Below are positions 40,981 through 52,808 of a stretch of 60,176 nt of DNA, in pieces. Numbering within the stretch: the stretch's first letter is position 1; the number at the start of each line of letters is the position of its first letter. Source of the stretch: Chiloscyllium plagiosum (Eukaryota); assembly GCF_004010195.1 (NCBI RefSeq), contig NC_057718.1, positions 22,295,111-22,355,286 on the forward strand, given 5' to 3'. The position numbers were made by a program, and so were the translations under genes. The notes beneath the pieces are model-generated. The model was given only the letters and a program-made list of their open reading frames with translations. It was not told the origin of the DNA and did not search any database.

Positions 40981-42837
40981 ACGTTTCTCAGATTAGAATC
41001 ATTTGATTCTCACTCTGTGTAGGTGGGTATGGGATGGAGTTGGGCCAACTCTGGAAACAGATCCTTAGCAACCATCAGGGTAGGAATACTGAAGTGGACT
41101 GATTAGAGGAGTCGCTTTTGTTTTCTGGGATTTGTCCTAATTGTGATAAAAGTATTTTGGCCCCTTCAGCCCTCATCACTCACACTCCCTCACACCCCCT
41201 CTTACCTCCCACTTAAGGCTGGGTAGAAACCCAAATGGTCCTGTCTACATTACACACGCTTGGCTGAGAACCCAGAGAAATAAAACCATGAGTTCCGCAG
41301 GGATTCTATTTTGACAAACGAAGTGAGTTGTTGATGTTGCTTGATTGGTATCTTTAAATGGTTGTAATAAGTTATTCTTTTCTGTGATCTCTTGTTAGTA
41401 CTTGAACGTTTATTTATACAAACAGAAGAGGTATGAAGTGTTTGAAATATCAGTTTTTGACAGTTTAAAGGCTTTCTGACTGACATTTTTGTAAGTTTGT
41501 CGGAACAGTCTTTTCAAAGAATGTTTCTAATTGCTTTTTTTTTCATCAGTTCACATTTACCATTGTACTTTGTGACTGGTTACTTATGTACCAATCTGCA
41601 TATGGGTAAATGGGCATGGAAGGAACATGAATTGGCACTGAGTTAGCATCAAGAGTATGAGTTCCTATGAATGTGGCTCAAGGAGTTTTATTAAGACCTT
41701 ATGAATGAATCATTCAAAGGATTCTTGAATCTGGATTATGGTCACAACTCTTCTGAAGATTTGTGAAATGTTCCTTGAAATGTTCCTACCCCCATAATGG
41801 AACTGGCCTAGTTGGAAATGCCGGATATGGACTCATTACTTGTACTCCTATGGATGCTAGCCAAAATTGTCAGTGTCTGGAGTGGCAGTGGGAATGCCAG
41901 AATTGGGTCTTGTTTGCCATTTACAATTGATTCTGGAGTTGTCCTGACCACCTAGAAATATGGCTCAAAGATGCTGCCTAAGAGCTTCCTCATTGTCATA
42001 TTTTCCAGCAGGACACAACAGGAATTCTACACACTCTGTGTCTGCATCAAATAATAATGATGCTTGCTATGATTGATTGAGGATAGAGCAGATGAATACG
42101 TGGATGAGGAGCTGTGCAGGGGGAAAGCATTCACACTTTTGGAACATTGTGAACTTTTCAGGGCTATTAATGACCTGTTTAAGAGGATCGTGTTCCACCT
42201 GAGTTAGAAGGGGACCAATTTGCTTGTGGGGAAATTTACTAGTGCTACTTTGGAGGCTTTAAACTAATAAGGGAGGGTGGGAACCAAAGCAATAGTAACA
42301 AAAGAGAAGAAGCTGAGGTTGGTACAGTAAATAAGGGGAGCAAGTCGAATAATAAAGGAAGACAAAACCGTGGCAGAGAATTTGAATGCATCTACTTAAA
42401 TGCTAGAGGCCTCACAGGTTGGGCAAATGAACTTAGGGCATGGTTGGGAGTATGGGACTGAGATATTGTAGCTATGATAGAAATATGTCTCAGGGATGGA
42501 CCAGACTGGCAACTTAATGTTTCAGGGCCTAGATGCTGCAGGAAAGATAGAAATGGAGGCATGAGAGGAGGGGGAATGATGTTTTTGGTTACGGAGAATA
42601 TTACAACTGTACTTCGGGAGGATATTCCTGGGTGATTGTCACGTCAAGTTATATGGATAGAACTTAAAACTAAGAAAGGGTTGATCAACTTGTTAGGATT
42701 GTAATATTGGCCCCCCAAAGCAGGATATTCAGAAGCAAATATGTAAGCAGACCTCAGATATCCATAAGAAAAGTGATGTTGTAATGGTAGGGCATTTTAA
42801 CTTTCCAAACATACAGTTGGACTGTCATAGTATTAAG

Positions 42838-43020
42838 AGAAAGTGAGGACTGCAGATGCTGGAGATCAGAGCTGAAAATGTTTTGCTGGAAAAGCGCAGC
42901 AGGTCAGGCAGCATCCAAGGAACAGGAGAAGGGCTTATGCCCGAAACGCCGATTCTCAGACTTGAAATGTTCCTTGGATGCTGCCTGACCTGCTGCGCTT
43001 TTCCAGCAACACATTTTCAG
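42838..43020 (-). mobile_element. Short PLE-derived fold-back insertion
   Basis: 16-bp TSD ctgtcatagtattaag (42822-42837, 43021-43036); arms of about 50 bp; partial hammerhead in the loop. Confidence 0.82.
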
Positions 43021-43479
43021 CTGTCATAGTATTAAGGGCTTGGATGGGGCAGAATTTGTTAAGTATATACAAGAAATCTTTCTTATTCAGTATTTAGATG
43101 TACCAACAAGAGAAGGAGCAGTGGAACCTTCTGTTGGAAAGTAAAGCAGGGCAAATGGCTGAGGTGTCAGTGGGGGAGCACTTTGTAGCCAGCCATCATA
43201 ATTCTATTAGTTTTTAAATAGTTATGCAAAAGGATAGTACTGATGAAAAAGTTAAAGTTCTGAATTAGAGTAAGGCCAATTTTGACAGTATTAGACAGGA
43301 TCTTTCAAAAGTTGATCGGGAGAGGCCATTCACAGGATGGTTGGGAAGTGAGAGGACTTTAAAAATGAGGTAACGAGAGTTCAGAGACAGTATATTCCTG
43401 TTGGTGTGAATACATGCCTGGTGGGTGTAAGGAATGCGGGATGACTCAAGAAATTGAGGTGCTGGTCAAGGAAAAGAAG

Positions 43480-44073
43480 AATTAGAATTAGAATTAATTT
43501 TATTGTCACGGGTACTCAAATGAATAAAATGATAAGTACAAGTCGCTGTGTATGGTGCCAGCTTAGCTACAAAAGCCCCTTGGTACAGCTTTTCCAGTGA
43601 AATTTATGGAAAAATGTAGAAGTAAAACAATTGTCCAGCATTGCAAATTTTAGAACTAAATTATAAAATGGAGAAAAAAGTACATAGAAACGGTTTTCAA
43701 ACCTAGTCCATGTTGACATCTAGTCCCCCCACCTCCCGCAACTGGAAGTCCACACTGAGAGCATGCCAGGCTGAGAGGACACCACGTACTGCCCGAAGAC
43801 CACCTTGCTGGGCCGCATGGGAAATCACCACACTGGGCCAGGAGGATGCCACACTTGGCTGAGAGGAGGCCTGGCTGGGTCTGTGCTGAGGCCAGGAGTT
43901 TCAAGTCTGAGAGATCTGAGGCACCAAGCCAGGAGTTCCAGTTCAGGTAGTCAGAGGGTGAGAAGAGAAGAGAAAAATAGACAAAAGGAGAAAAGAAAAG
44001 AGAAAAGAAAATACGAACGTATGGATCAGATGAGCTCTGGCAGAAGCATTCTATTCCACTGCCATCTTGTCTC
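43480..44073 (-). mobile_element. Unclassified ~600-bp non-coding retroposon-like insertion in the LINE
   Basis: Interrupts CR1 ORF2, which resumes at agaaggtatacatcagg. On the minus strand it starts caagatggcagtgg and ends aataaaattaa(ttctaa)n. Confidence 0.55.
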
Positions 44074-44660
44074 TTAGAAGGTATACATCAGGTATAAACA
44101 GCTGGGATCGATTGAATCCCGAGAAGAGGTACGAAGACTGTACTTACGAGGGAAATCAGGAGGACAAAAAGGGAACATGAGATAGCTGTGGCAAGTAGAG
44201 TTTAGGAATCCAAAGAGATTCCATGAAATCATTAAGGGCAAAAGATTAACTAGGGAGAGAATGGGACCTTTGAAAATCAATATGGCTGTCTATGTGTGAA
44301 ACCATAGATACAGAATGAATATGGGGAAGGATATGGAAGCTAGGGAACTTGGGGAAATAAATATTGACGTCTTGAAAAGAGTTTCTGTTACAGAAGAGGG
44401 GATGCTGGACCTCTTAAAATGTATAAAGATAGAAAAATCCCAAGGAATGGCAGATGGAATTTCATTTGGATAAATGCGAGGTATTGCATTTTGGTAAAAC
44501 AAACAAGGTCAGGATTTATACAATTAATGGTAGGGCCCTGGTAGTGTTGTGGAAGAGGAAGGTCTGGGGTTCGGGTACATAATTCCTTGAAATTTGCATC
44601 ACTGGTTGACAGGGTGGTTAAAAAGGTGTTGAGCATTGCTCAGATCTTTGAGTATAGGAG

Positions 44661-44883
44661 AAAAAAGTGAGGACTGCAGATGCTGGAAACCTGAGTTTAG
44701 ATCAGAGTGGTGCCGGAAAAGCACAGCAGGTCGGGTAGCATCCGAGGAGCAGGAAAATTGATGTTTCAGGCAAAAGCCCTTCATCAGGTGTCTGATGAAG
44801 GGCTTTTGCCCGAAACATCGACTTTCCTGCTCCTCGGATGCTGCCTGACCTGTTGTGTGTTTCCAGCACCACTCTGATCTAAA
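44661..44883. mobile_element. PLE-derived palindrome with two divergent hammerhead motifs
   Basis: ...gtttcaggcaaaagcccttcatcag-gtgt-ctgatgaagggcttttgcccgaaac...; arms about 44695-44787 and 44792-44884; TSD ctttgagtata(g/a)gag. Confidence 0.82.
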
Positions 44884-46547
44884 CTTTGAGTATAAGAGTT
44901 GGGAACGTGATGTTAAGGTTGTACAAGATATTGATGAGGTCTCTTCAGGAGTATTATGTAGAGTTCTAGTCAGCCTTCATTAGTCCAAATATTGAGTATA
45001 TGAGTTGGGGTGTCATGTTGTGGCTATGCAGGACATGAGTGAGGCCACTTCTAGAAAACTGCATACAACTCTGGTCGCCTTTCTATCAGAAGGTTGTTGT
45101 TAAACTTGAGCGGATGCAGAAAGGATTTAGAAAGATGTTGCAGGACTGGAGGGTTTGAGCTCCAGGGAGAGAGTGAATAAGCTGGGGTTTTATCCCTGGA
45201 GAAACAGATACTGAGGGATGACCTCCTAGAGGTTTGTAAAATCATGAGGGGCATGGATAGGGTGAATAGCCAAGGTCTTTTTCCCAGGATAAGGGAGTCC
45301 AAAATGAGAGGGCATAGGTTTAGGGTGAGGAGGGAAAAATTTAAAAAGGGCCTCAGTGGAAGCTTTTTCATGCAGAGGGTGGTGTGTGCATGGAATGAGC
45401 TGTAAGAAGAAGTGGTGGAGGCTGGTACAATTACAACATTTAAAAGGCATCTGATTGGGAATATAAACAGGATGGGTTTAGAGCGATGTGGACCAAATGC
45501 TGGCAAATGGGACTAGGTCAGATTGGGATGTCTGGTCAGCGCGGATGAGTTGGATGAAGGGTGTTTCCATGCCGCACAACTCTATGTTGCAGCCTGTCTA
45601 AGAAAGAGATACTGTGTAAATTGTGAATGACCACAAATTGCCAGATGATATGTATCACTGAACCATTTGTCTGTGGAAAGAGCAACTCACTCTCAACATC
45701 CCCATATATGTCATGAAGATGCAGCATCAGTTTGTTAAACTTGGCATATAGAATATTCAATAGTGTAAGTACATTTTTACTGAGATGATTTATTTCCTGA
45801 ACAAATGTTGCACTCACTCTCTCCTGTCTAAAGAGAAAACAATTTAAACCATGTCCACCAGCCTAGAGGTAGTAAATAGTTAAGAGATCTTTAATGTTGT
45901 ACATTTAAAATCTTTGGCTTATTTCTTCTTTCTCTACTTTTTTGACTCCCTCACTCAATTGAATATTTCTGTACCTGAGTTTTGTATTTGATTTTACTTG
46001 AGTTCAACCTCTTTTCCTCTCAATGTTCCCCATTTCCTTCCACCATCTGCAAATCTCACTGCTTAAAGAAATATACTGTAGGTCACTGTCATTTGCCAAA
46101 ATCACTGTTGCAATGTTGCCCTTTTGCATTCAGAACCTTGCAAATTTTAAAAAAAAATCACTCGAGCAAGAGAAAATATCTAATTCAGCAGACCCCACTC
46201 CAGAAAATTCTAGGCCAGTTTATGTCATTGGTGTATTTTCTTAATAGGTCAGTCCTTTTATGCAGATTTTGTTTTGACATTAGGTCTGGTGGAAAATCCC
46301 TGGAGTGAGGCAATGTGGCAGAAAAATGTCAGAATGGCACTTTGACCAATATTCCTACTCTACCCAGTTTATACCACAGTAATTAAGGAAAAATTCAGAT
46401 CCTCTTTGTCTAACTTCAATTCCAGACTTATGTTTTTTATAGCAATATGTTCTCTTCATTTTAGGTGGCCTTGTCTTGGATTTTGCAATCAATGATCAAG
46501 TGAGAATGCTTACCATTCACCTTTATGAAATCTACCAATAATGATAG

Positions 46548-47660
46548 GACCATAAGACATAGGAGCAGAGATTAGGCCATCCAGCCCATAGAGACTGCTC
46601 TGCCATTCAATCATGGCTGATAAGATTCTCAACCCGATTCTCCAACTTTCTCAATGTAACCTTTAAGCCCCTTTTACAATGAAGAACCTATCTAACTCAG
46701 CCTTAAACATGCTCAATGACCTGGCCTCTACAGCCTTCAGTGTCAGTGAATTATATAGATTCATGACTCTCTGGCTGAAGAGGTTTCTCCTTATCTCTGT
46801 TCTAAAAGTTCTTCCCTTTACACTAAGGCTGTGCCCTTGATTCCTAGTCTTTCTTACCAATGGAAACATCATCCCAACATCCACTCTGTCCATGCCATTC
46901 AGTATTCTGTAAGTTTCAATTAGATCACCCCTCATCATTCTAAACTCTATTGAGTATAGACCAAGAGTCCTCAAACATTTTTCACATGTTAAGCTTTTCA
47001 TCCTTCGGAATTCTCATGAATGTCCTATATCCTTCCTGAGAGATGGGGCTCAAAACTGCACACAATACCCCATACGTGGTTTGGCCAGAGCCTTATAGAG
47101 CCTCAGAAGAATATCCCTGCTTTTGTGTTCAAGTCGTCTTGAAATAAATGCCATTATTGCATTTGCCTTCCTAACTACTGACTCAACCTGCAAGTTTACT
47201 GGGAATCCTGGACAGAATTCCCAAGTCTCTTTGCACTTCAGACTTCTAAATTTTCTCCCCCATTTAGAAAATAGCCCATGCCTCTATTCCTCCTATCAAG
47301 GTGCATAACCTCACACTTTCGCACATTGTACTCTATCTGTTACTTTTGTGCCCATCTCCTAACCTGTCCAAATCCTTCTGCAGCCTCCCCACCTCCTCAA
47401 TGCTACTTGTCCCTCTATCTATCTTTATATCATCTGCAAACCTAGCCAGAGTGCCCTCAGTTCCTTCATCTAATGTATAAAGTGAAAAATTGTGGTCCCA
47501 ACATTGAGCCTTGCATAACACCACTTGTCACTGGCTGCCACCCTGAAAAGGAGCATATTATCCCCACTCTCTGCTTTCTTCCAGAGAGCCAAGCTTCCAT
47601 CCATGCTAGCACATTGCCTCGAACACCATGGCCCATGCACTTACTCAGTAGCCTCCTGTC
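46548..47660 (-). mobile_element. CR1-clade LINE (second family), 3' part
   Basis: Minus strand GVMQGSMLGPQ, ARFADDIK, MRGDLIETYRIL; tail tctgctcctatgtcttatgg. Confidence 0.88.
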
Positions 47661-47727
47661 ATGATCTAGCAATCTTTATGGTGTTCATTTCATGTTTCTC
47701 AATGTTAATTTCATTCTGATCTCAGTC

Positions 47728-49022
47728 ATTTGTATCATCGATAGTCATGGGTGAGGTGTCAGAAGACTGGAGGTTGGCTAACGTGGTACCACTATTTAAG
47801 AAAGGTGGTAAGGAAAAGCCAGGAAACTATAGACCGGTGAGCCTGACATCGGTGGTGGGCAACTTGTTGGAGGGAATCCTGAGGGACAGGATGTACATGT
47901 ATTTGGAAAGGCAACGTCTGATTAGGGATATTCAGTATGGCTTTGTGCATGGGAAATCATGTCTTATGAAATTGATTGAGTTTTTTGAAGAAGTAACAAA
48001 GAGGATTGATGAGGGCAGAGCAGTGGGATGTGATCTATATGGACTCAGTAAAGTGTTCGACAGGGTTCCCCATGGGAGACTAGTTAGCAGGGTTAGATCT
48101 CATGGAATACAGGGAGAACGAGCCATTTGGATACAACTTGAGCGGATGCAGAAAGGATTTAGAAAGATGTTGCAGGACTGGAGGGTTTGAGCTCCAGGGA
48201 GAGAGTGAATAAGCTGGGGTTTTATCCCTGGAGAAACAGATACTGAGGGATGACCTCCTAGAGGTTTGTAAATTTGCAGATGACACCAAAAATTGGAGGT
48301 GTAGTGGACAGCAAAGAGCAGATTACAACAGGATCATGACCAGTTGGGCCAATGGGCTGAGAAGTGGCAGATGGAGTTTAATTCAGATAAATGCAAGGTG
48401 CTGTATTTTGGGAAAGCAAATCTTAGCAGGACTTATACACTTAATGGTAAGGTCCTAGGGAGTGTTACTGAACAAAGAGACCTTGGAGTGCAGGTTCATA
48501 GCTCCTTGAAAGTGGAGTCGCAGGTAGATAGGATGGTGAACAAAGTGTTTGGTATGCTTTCCTTTATTGGTCAGAGTATTGAGTACAGGATTTGGGCGGT
48601 CATGTTGCGCTGTACAAGACATTGGTTAGGCCACTGTTGGAATATTGCATGCAATTCTGGTCTCCTTCCCATTGGAAGGATGGGCTTATAAAATCATGAT
48701 GGGCATGGATAGGATAAATAGACAAAGTCTTTTCCCTGGAGTCGGGGAGTCCAAAACTGGAGGGCATAGGTTTAAGGTGAGAGGGGAAAGATATAAAAGG
48801 GACCTAAGGGACAACTTTTTCATGCAGTGGGTTGTGCATGCATGGAATGAGCTTCCAGATGAAGTGGTGGAGACGGGTACAATTGCAGCTTTGAAAGGCC
48901 TCTGGATGGGCATATGAATAGGAAAGGTGTAGAGGGATATGGGCTGGCAATTGCAACTAGGTTAGGTTAAGATATCTGGTCGTCATGGACGAGTTGGACG
49001 AGAAGTGTCTGTTTCCGTGCTG
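47728..49022 (+). mobile_element. 5'-truncated CR1 LINE (RT to 3' tail), rearranged
   Basis: EDWRLANVVPLFKKGGKEKPGNYRPVSLTS; tail gtacatctctatgactctat. Confidence 0.9.
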
Positions 49023-49450
49023 TACATCTCTATGACTCTATAGTAGTGATTGTTGGAGTCAAAGACACAACAGTTTAAACAACTAATTAGAATAAATAAT
49101 TCTGATTGACAGAAAACTAGGAAATAAAAGATACAAATATTTCTTGCAATTTTTTTTATTTACAGGCAACAAAGTAAAGCTTGGTCAGTGTACATAGGAT
49201 TTGCTGAAATAGTATGAACTAGCTTTATTTTTTTAAGAGTTGGTAGTTAATTTTCTCATAATGGAAAAATTTGCATAGTTCGATGTTGTAACAGCTTTAC
49301 AATTGTAATAACTATAAAGGCTGATGGTTTTGTTTTTATTATGACAATTTAAGGCCATTGTTAAAATAGAAAATTTATTTCAAATTCCAAAATGTGTTTA
49401 GATGACTGTCATGTTATTTTCTGCTTTTCATCTGTCTTGAATTGCAGTAG

Positions 49451-49471
49451 GTATTTGATATGGGAAAATAG
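49451..49471 (+). other. RYR2: Candidate homologue of RYR2 21-nt microexon 4, GTA TTT GAT ATG GGA AAA TAG (VFDMGK*), with an in-frame stop
   Basis: Pyrimidine tract and NAGNAG acceptor (ttttctgcttttcatctgtcttgaattgCAGTAG), exactly 21 nt, then donor gtactt. 15/21 nt match my recalled human exon CAAGTTGATGTGGAAAAATGG (QVDVEKW). It sits in non-repetitive DNA between exon 3 and the exon 5 candidate. Confidence 0.55.
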
Positions 49472-50009
49472 GTACTTGTGACTTTATTCTGTTTAAACAT
49501 TGGAGCTTTTTTCTCAGTCAGTCTTTGTCATTAGCGTACATTTTAACTCTGTTTAATGAGGTGCTTTAATGTTTATAGTTAATATTAAAATACTTTTAAT
49601 CAAGATAATGAAGTTTCTTGCTATCTACCTTTAAGGCTGAATATAAAGTTAGTAAACAAGAGGAGATGCTTACATTGTCTACATTCTCCCTTCTATATGT
49701 TTATAATGGTGATATGTTAGTGAAAGTGACATTGGTCTTGATAGCAGTCATCATTTCCTGAGGAAGATAGATGTCATCATGTTTGTAGATGTCATGTTAT
49801 TCTGAAGTGAGTTAGTCGCTGTCTCTGAGCTGCTCTTGTAGCAACTGTGTTTATTGATGAGTCCAGTTAAGTTTCTGGTCAATGGTAACCCAAGAATGTT
49901 GATAGTAGAGGATTCAATTATTGTAACACCATTCCAAGTCAAGGGGCGGTGATTAGATTGTCATTTTCTGGATATGTTCATTGCCTGCCATTTGTGTGCT
50001 TTATAAAAT

Positions 50010-50643
50010 CTTGAAGGACATTGATAGGGAGTGAAGCCAAGGTATTTTTCCCAAGAATGGGGGCACGGTGGCTCAGTGGTTAGCAATGTGCCTCACAGCA
50101 CCAGGGTCCCAGGTTTGATTCCAGCCTTGAGCAACTATATGTGTGGAGTTTGCACGTTCTCCCCATGCCTGTGTGGGTTTCCTTTGGGTGTACTGGTTTC
50201 CTGCCACAGTCCAAAGATGTGCAGGTTAGGTGAATTGGCCACACTAAATTGCCTGTAGTGTTAGGTGCATTAGTCATGGGAATGGGTCTGGGTGTTGGTG
50301 TGGACTTGTTGGGCCGAAGGGCCTGTTTCCACACTGTAGGGGATGTAATCTAAAAACCAAAGGACATACATTTAAGGCGAAAGAAGAAATTTCAAAAGAG
50401 ACCTAGGGGTAACCTTTTCATGCAGAGGATGGTATTTGTATGGAGCGAGCTGTCAGCGGAAGTGGTGGAGGACGATGCAATTACAATGTTTAAAGGCATC
50501 TAGATCAGTATATGAATAGGAAGGGTTTAGCGGGTTATGGGCCAAATGCTGGCAAATGGAACTATGTCAGATTGGGATGTCAGGTCGGTGCTGTTGAGTT
50601 GGACCGAAGGGTCTGTTTCTGTGTTTTATGACGCTATGACTCA
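50010..50643 (+). mobile_element. CR1 3' end interrupted by a SINE
   Basis: tataaaatcttgaagg...aaggtatttttccc, resuming after 50352 and ending at tatgacgctatgactc. Confidence 0.8.
50060..50352 (+). mobile_element. tRNA-derived SINE (HE1-like)
   Basis: ggcacggtggctcagtggttagc, B box ggtttgattcc, tail gggcctgtttccacactgtag. Confidence 0.9.
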
Positions 50644-51777
50644 AACAATAAATAAATTGTCAAGTCAATTATGATATTATCATAAGTTTGCATGACATGG
50701 ATTTTTTGCCATCGGTTTTGTTTTGTACTTTAAATATATGGATGAACTGTACTGGTATTTTTTGACGAATGGCTCAGATTCTGACTCTTCAAAGCCTCTT
50801 TATCAAATCCTTACCTGGATTGATGTAGGTTCAAACACACTCAAGATGCTCATACCAGCCAGGAGCTGATTGTTTTTAATTAACCTCTTCAGGCATGTTA
50901 TGCCACACCTCTGCATAACATACTGCAGTGGCAGGGATACTACTACAAGGTATTTTATGACAATTGATCAAATTCGCTTTTCATTTAGCATTTCTGATGA
51001 ACATTTTAAAACTCAAAACTTCTGAAGGGCAAGAACTGAACCTGGCTGGATTGCTTGGAAGGCAGCTACGCTCACCATTATATCTTGATTGCCATTCTTA
51101 GTTAATCACTGTCTCAATTATTGGATTAATTGGGCCAGAGTTTGCAGTGATAAGGCAGTTAGATCTGACCTTCACCCTTTAGTTCATTGGCTTTGGCTTG
51201 CTTTTGTTTTGATACCAAATTCTGACCCATTATCCAGAGCACTCTGGCTGTGTACCTGCTAGCTCCGAGGTCCCCTCCCTCCTTTAATAATCTCCCTCCT
51301 CTCCTGGTTGACGCTTTCTTCCTGGTTATGTCCCTCTGACTCACCAATCCCCTTTGAACACTTAACCGAGCACTACTGCCTATGATGCAGTGGCCCAGTC
51401 TTCAAGGGCTGCTTCTCTAGTGAGATGCCATCAGTCTGTTGTTTCAATGATAATGAGGCTCAAGCCCCAGCATTAGATTTGCCATGAACTTATTCCTTCA
51501 GACTTGGGGGTCATTCCCAATGTCCACCTGAAACCTGTTTTCGGGCTCAAACTGAGTTTTCCTCCGTGCCATTTTGAGGAAACTATTCATTAACTGGAAG
51601 AGCAGACCAGAGCTTCCATAAATACTGCTTTTTCAGCAGTTGCTACAAAGGTATTCAAAAGACTATTCATGGTGAATTTGCAATTTCATTTTCTCTGACT
51701 TGTTCTGTAGACCTTGTTTCCTTCATTTGCACTTCTTCATAGTGATCGGTTTAATTCAGAATTTGATTACTGGATTA

Positions 51778-52085
51778 TTAGATTAGATTACTTACAGTGT
51801 GGAAACAGGCCCTTCGGCCCAACAATTCACACCGACCCGCCGAAGCGCAACCCACCCATACCCCTACATTTACCCCTTACCTAACACTACGGGCAATTTA
51901 GCATGGCCAATTCACCTGACCTGCACATCTTTGGACTGTGGGAGGAAACCGGAGCACCCGGAGGAAACCCACGCAGACACGGGGAGAACGTGCAAACTCC
52001 ACACAGTCAGTCACCTGAGGCGGGAATTGAACCCGGGTCTCTGGCGCCGTGAGGCAGCAGTGCTAACCGCTGTGCCACCGTGCCG
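51778..52085 (-). mobile_element. tRNA-derived SINE (HE1-like), well preserved
   Basis: Reverse complement has A box tggcacagcgg, B box ggttcaattcc and a (taatc)n tail. Confidence 0.93.
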
Positions 52086-52611
52086 GTGTTTTAGCTTTCA
52101 TTTGTTTTAGCTTTCATTTGTTATAGTTCTTCTTTCACACAATGGTTGCCTTCTTGTGAAACCCCACATTATAGAAAAATTCTGCTTTAGAAACAGCACT
52201 TAAAATGTTGTTGGTGTAATTGTATTACAGCCAACACATATTTTAAAAATTTGCACTTTAGAAACAGTATCCCCAATTCGTCAATCACATTACAGCAAAT
52301 TCACATTAATGAAACATGCGTTATAGAAATGCATGCATTCTAAATTTTCTTGTCACATAGCCAGCATTCTTTAGCCTCATCAAAGCTGCCAGTCTGATTA
52401 TACTGTTTGTTTCAGTAGGACATCAATACGCAATACTCTGACCATTGCAAATTTTGTGTGCCACATTCTAAATTGTAACTTTTGATAGGAGGTAAAATTA
52501 TAACAGATGATATAAAGTTCGATGAAACAAAAGCTTTTGTTTGTATTTAATTTGATGTAAAGTACAGAGTTCATTCCATGAGCCTTTCACCTTCGCAGTT
52601 TTCAAAAATGA

Positions 52612-52808
52612 GGGAAAATGTGAAATTTAAAACAGAAAGTGCTGGAGAAACTCCACAGGTCTGGCAGTAACTGTGGAGAGAGAAGCAAATTTAAGCCTTC
52701 TTCAGAATGAATAAGTGGTTCACAAATACTGCCAGACTTGCAGAGATTCTTAACATTTACCCACATTTACTTCAGATTTCCAGCAACCACAGTATTTTTG
52801 CTTTTATT
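52612..52808. mobile_element. Old fold-back PLE-type fragment
   Basis: aaatgtgaaatttaaaacagaaagtgctggagaaactc... is loosely inverted with ...cagatttccagcaaccacagtatttttgc; related to 15087 and 39514. Confidence 0.5.

Larger units (their letters stand above)
42080..45590 (+). mobile_element. Decayed CR1 LINE with an internal deletion and several nested insertions
   Basis: IYLNARGL APE start at about 42390; similarity to 7450-8900; 3' UTR at about 45480-45590. Confidence 0.85.

Noticed and set aside
41525..41610. Branch-point and pyrimidine tract followed by AG
   Set aside because: No RYR-like peptide follows; probably a chance acceptor.
49148..49190. Strong acceptor-like site tttttttatttacag|gcaacaaagtaaagcttg|gtcagt
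   Set aside because: It has an in-frame TAA and no resemblance to RYR2 exon 4. The 49451 candidate fits better, though a cryptic poison exon cannot be excluded.
51799..52110. Recurrent ORFs such as WPIHLTCTSLDCGRKPEHPEETHADTGR
   Set aside because: Antisense translations of the SINE, not proteins.
52087..52122. 16-bp tandem duplication tgttttagctttcatt
   Set aside because: Simple local slippage beside a SINE; no sign of function.
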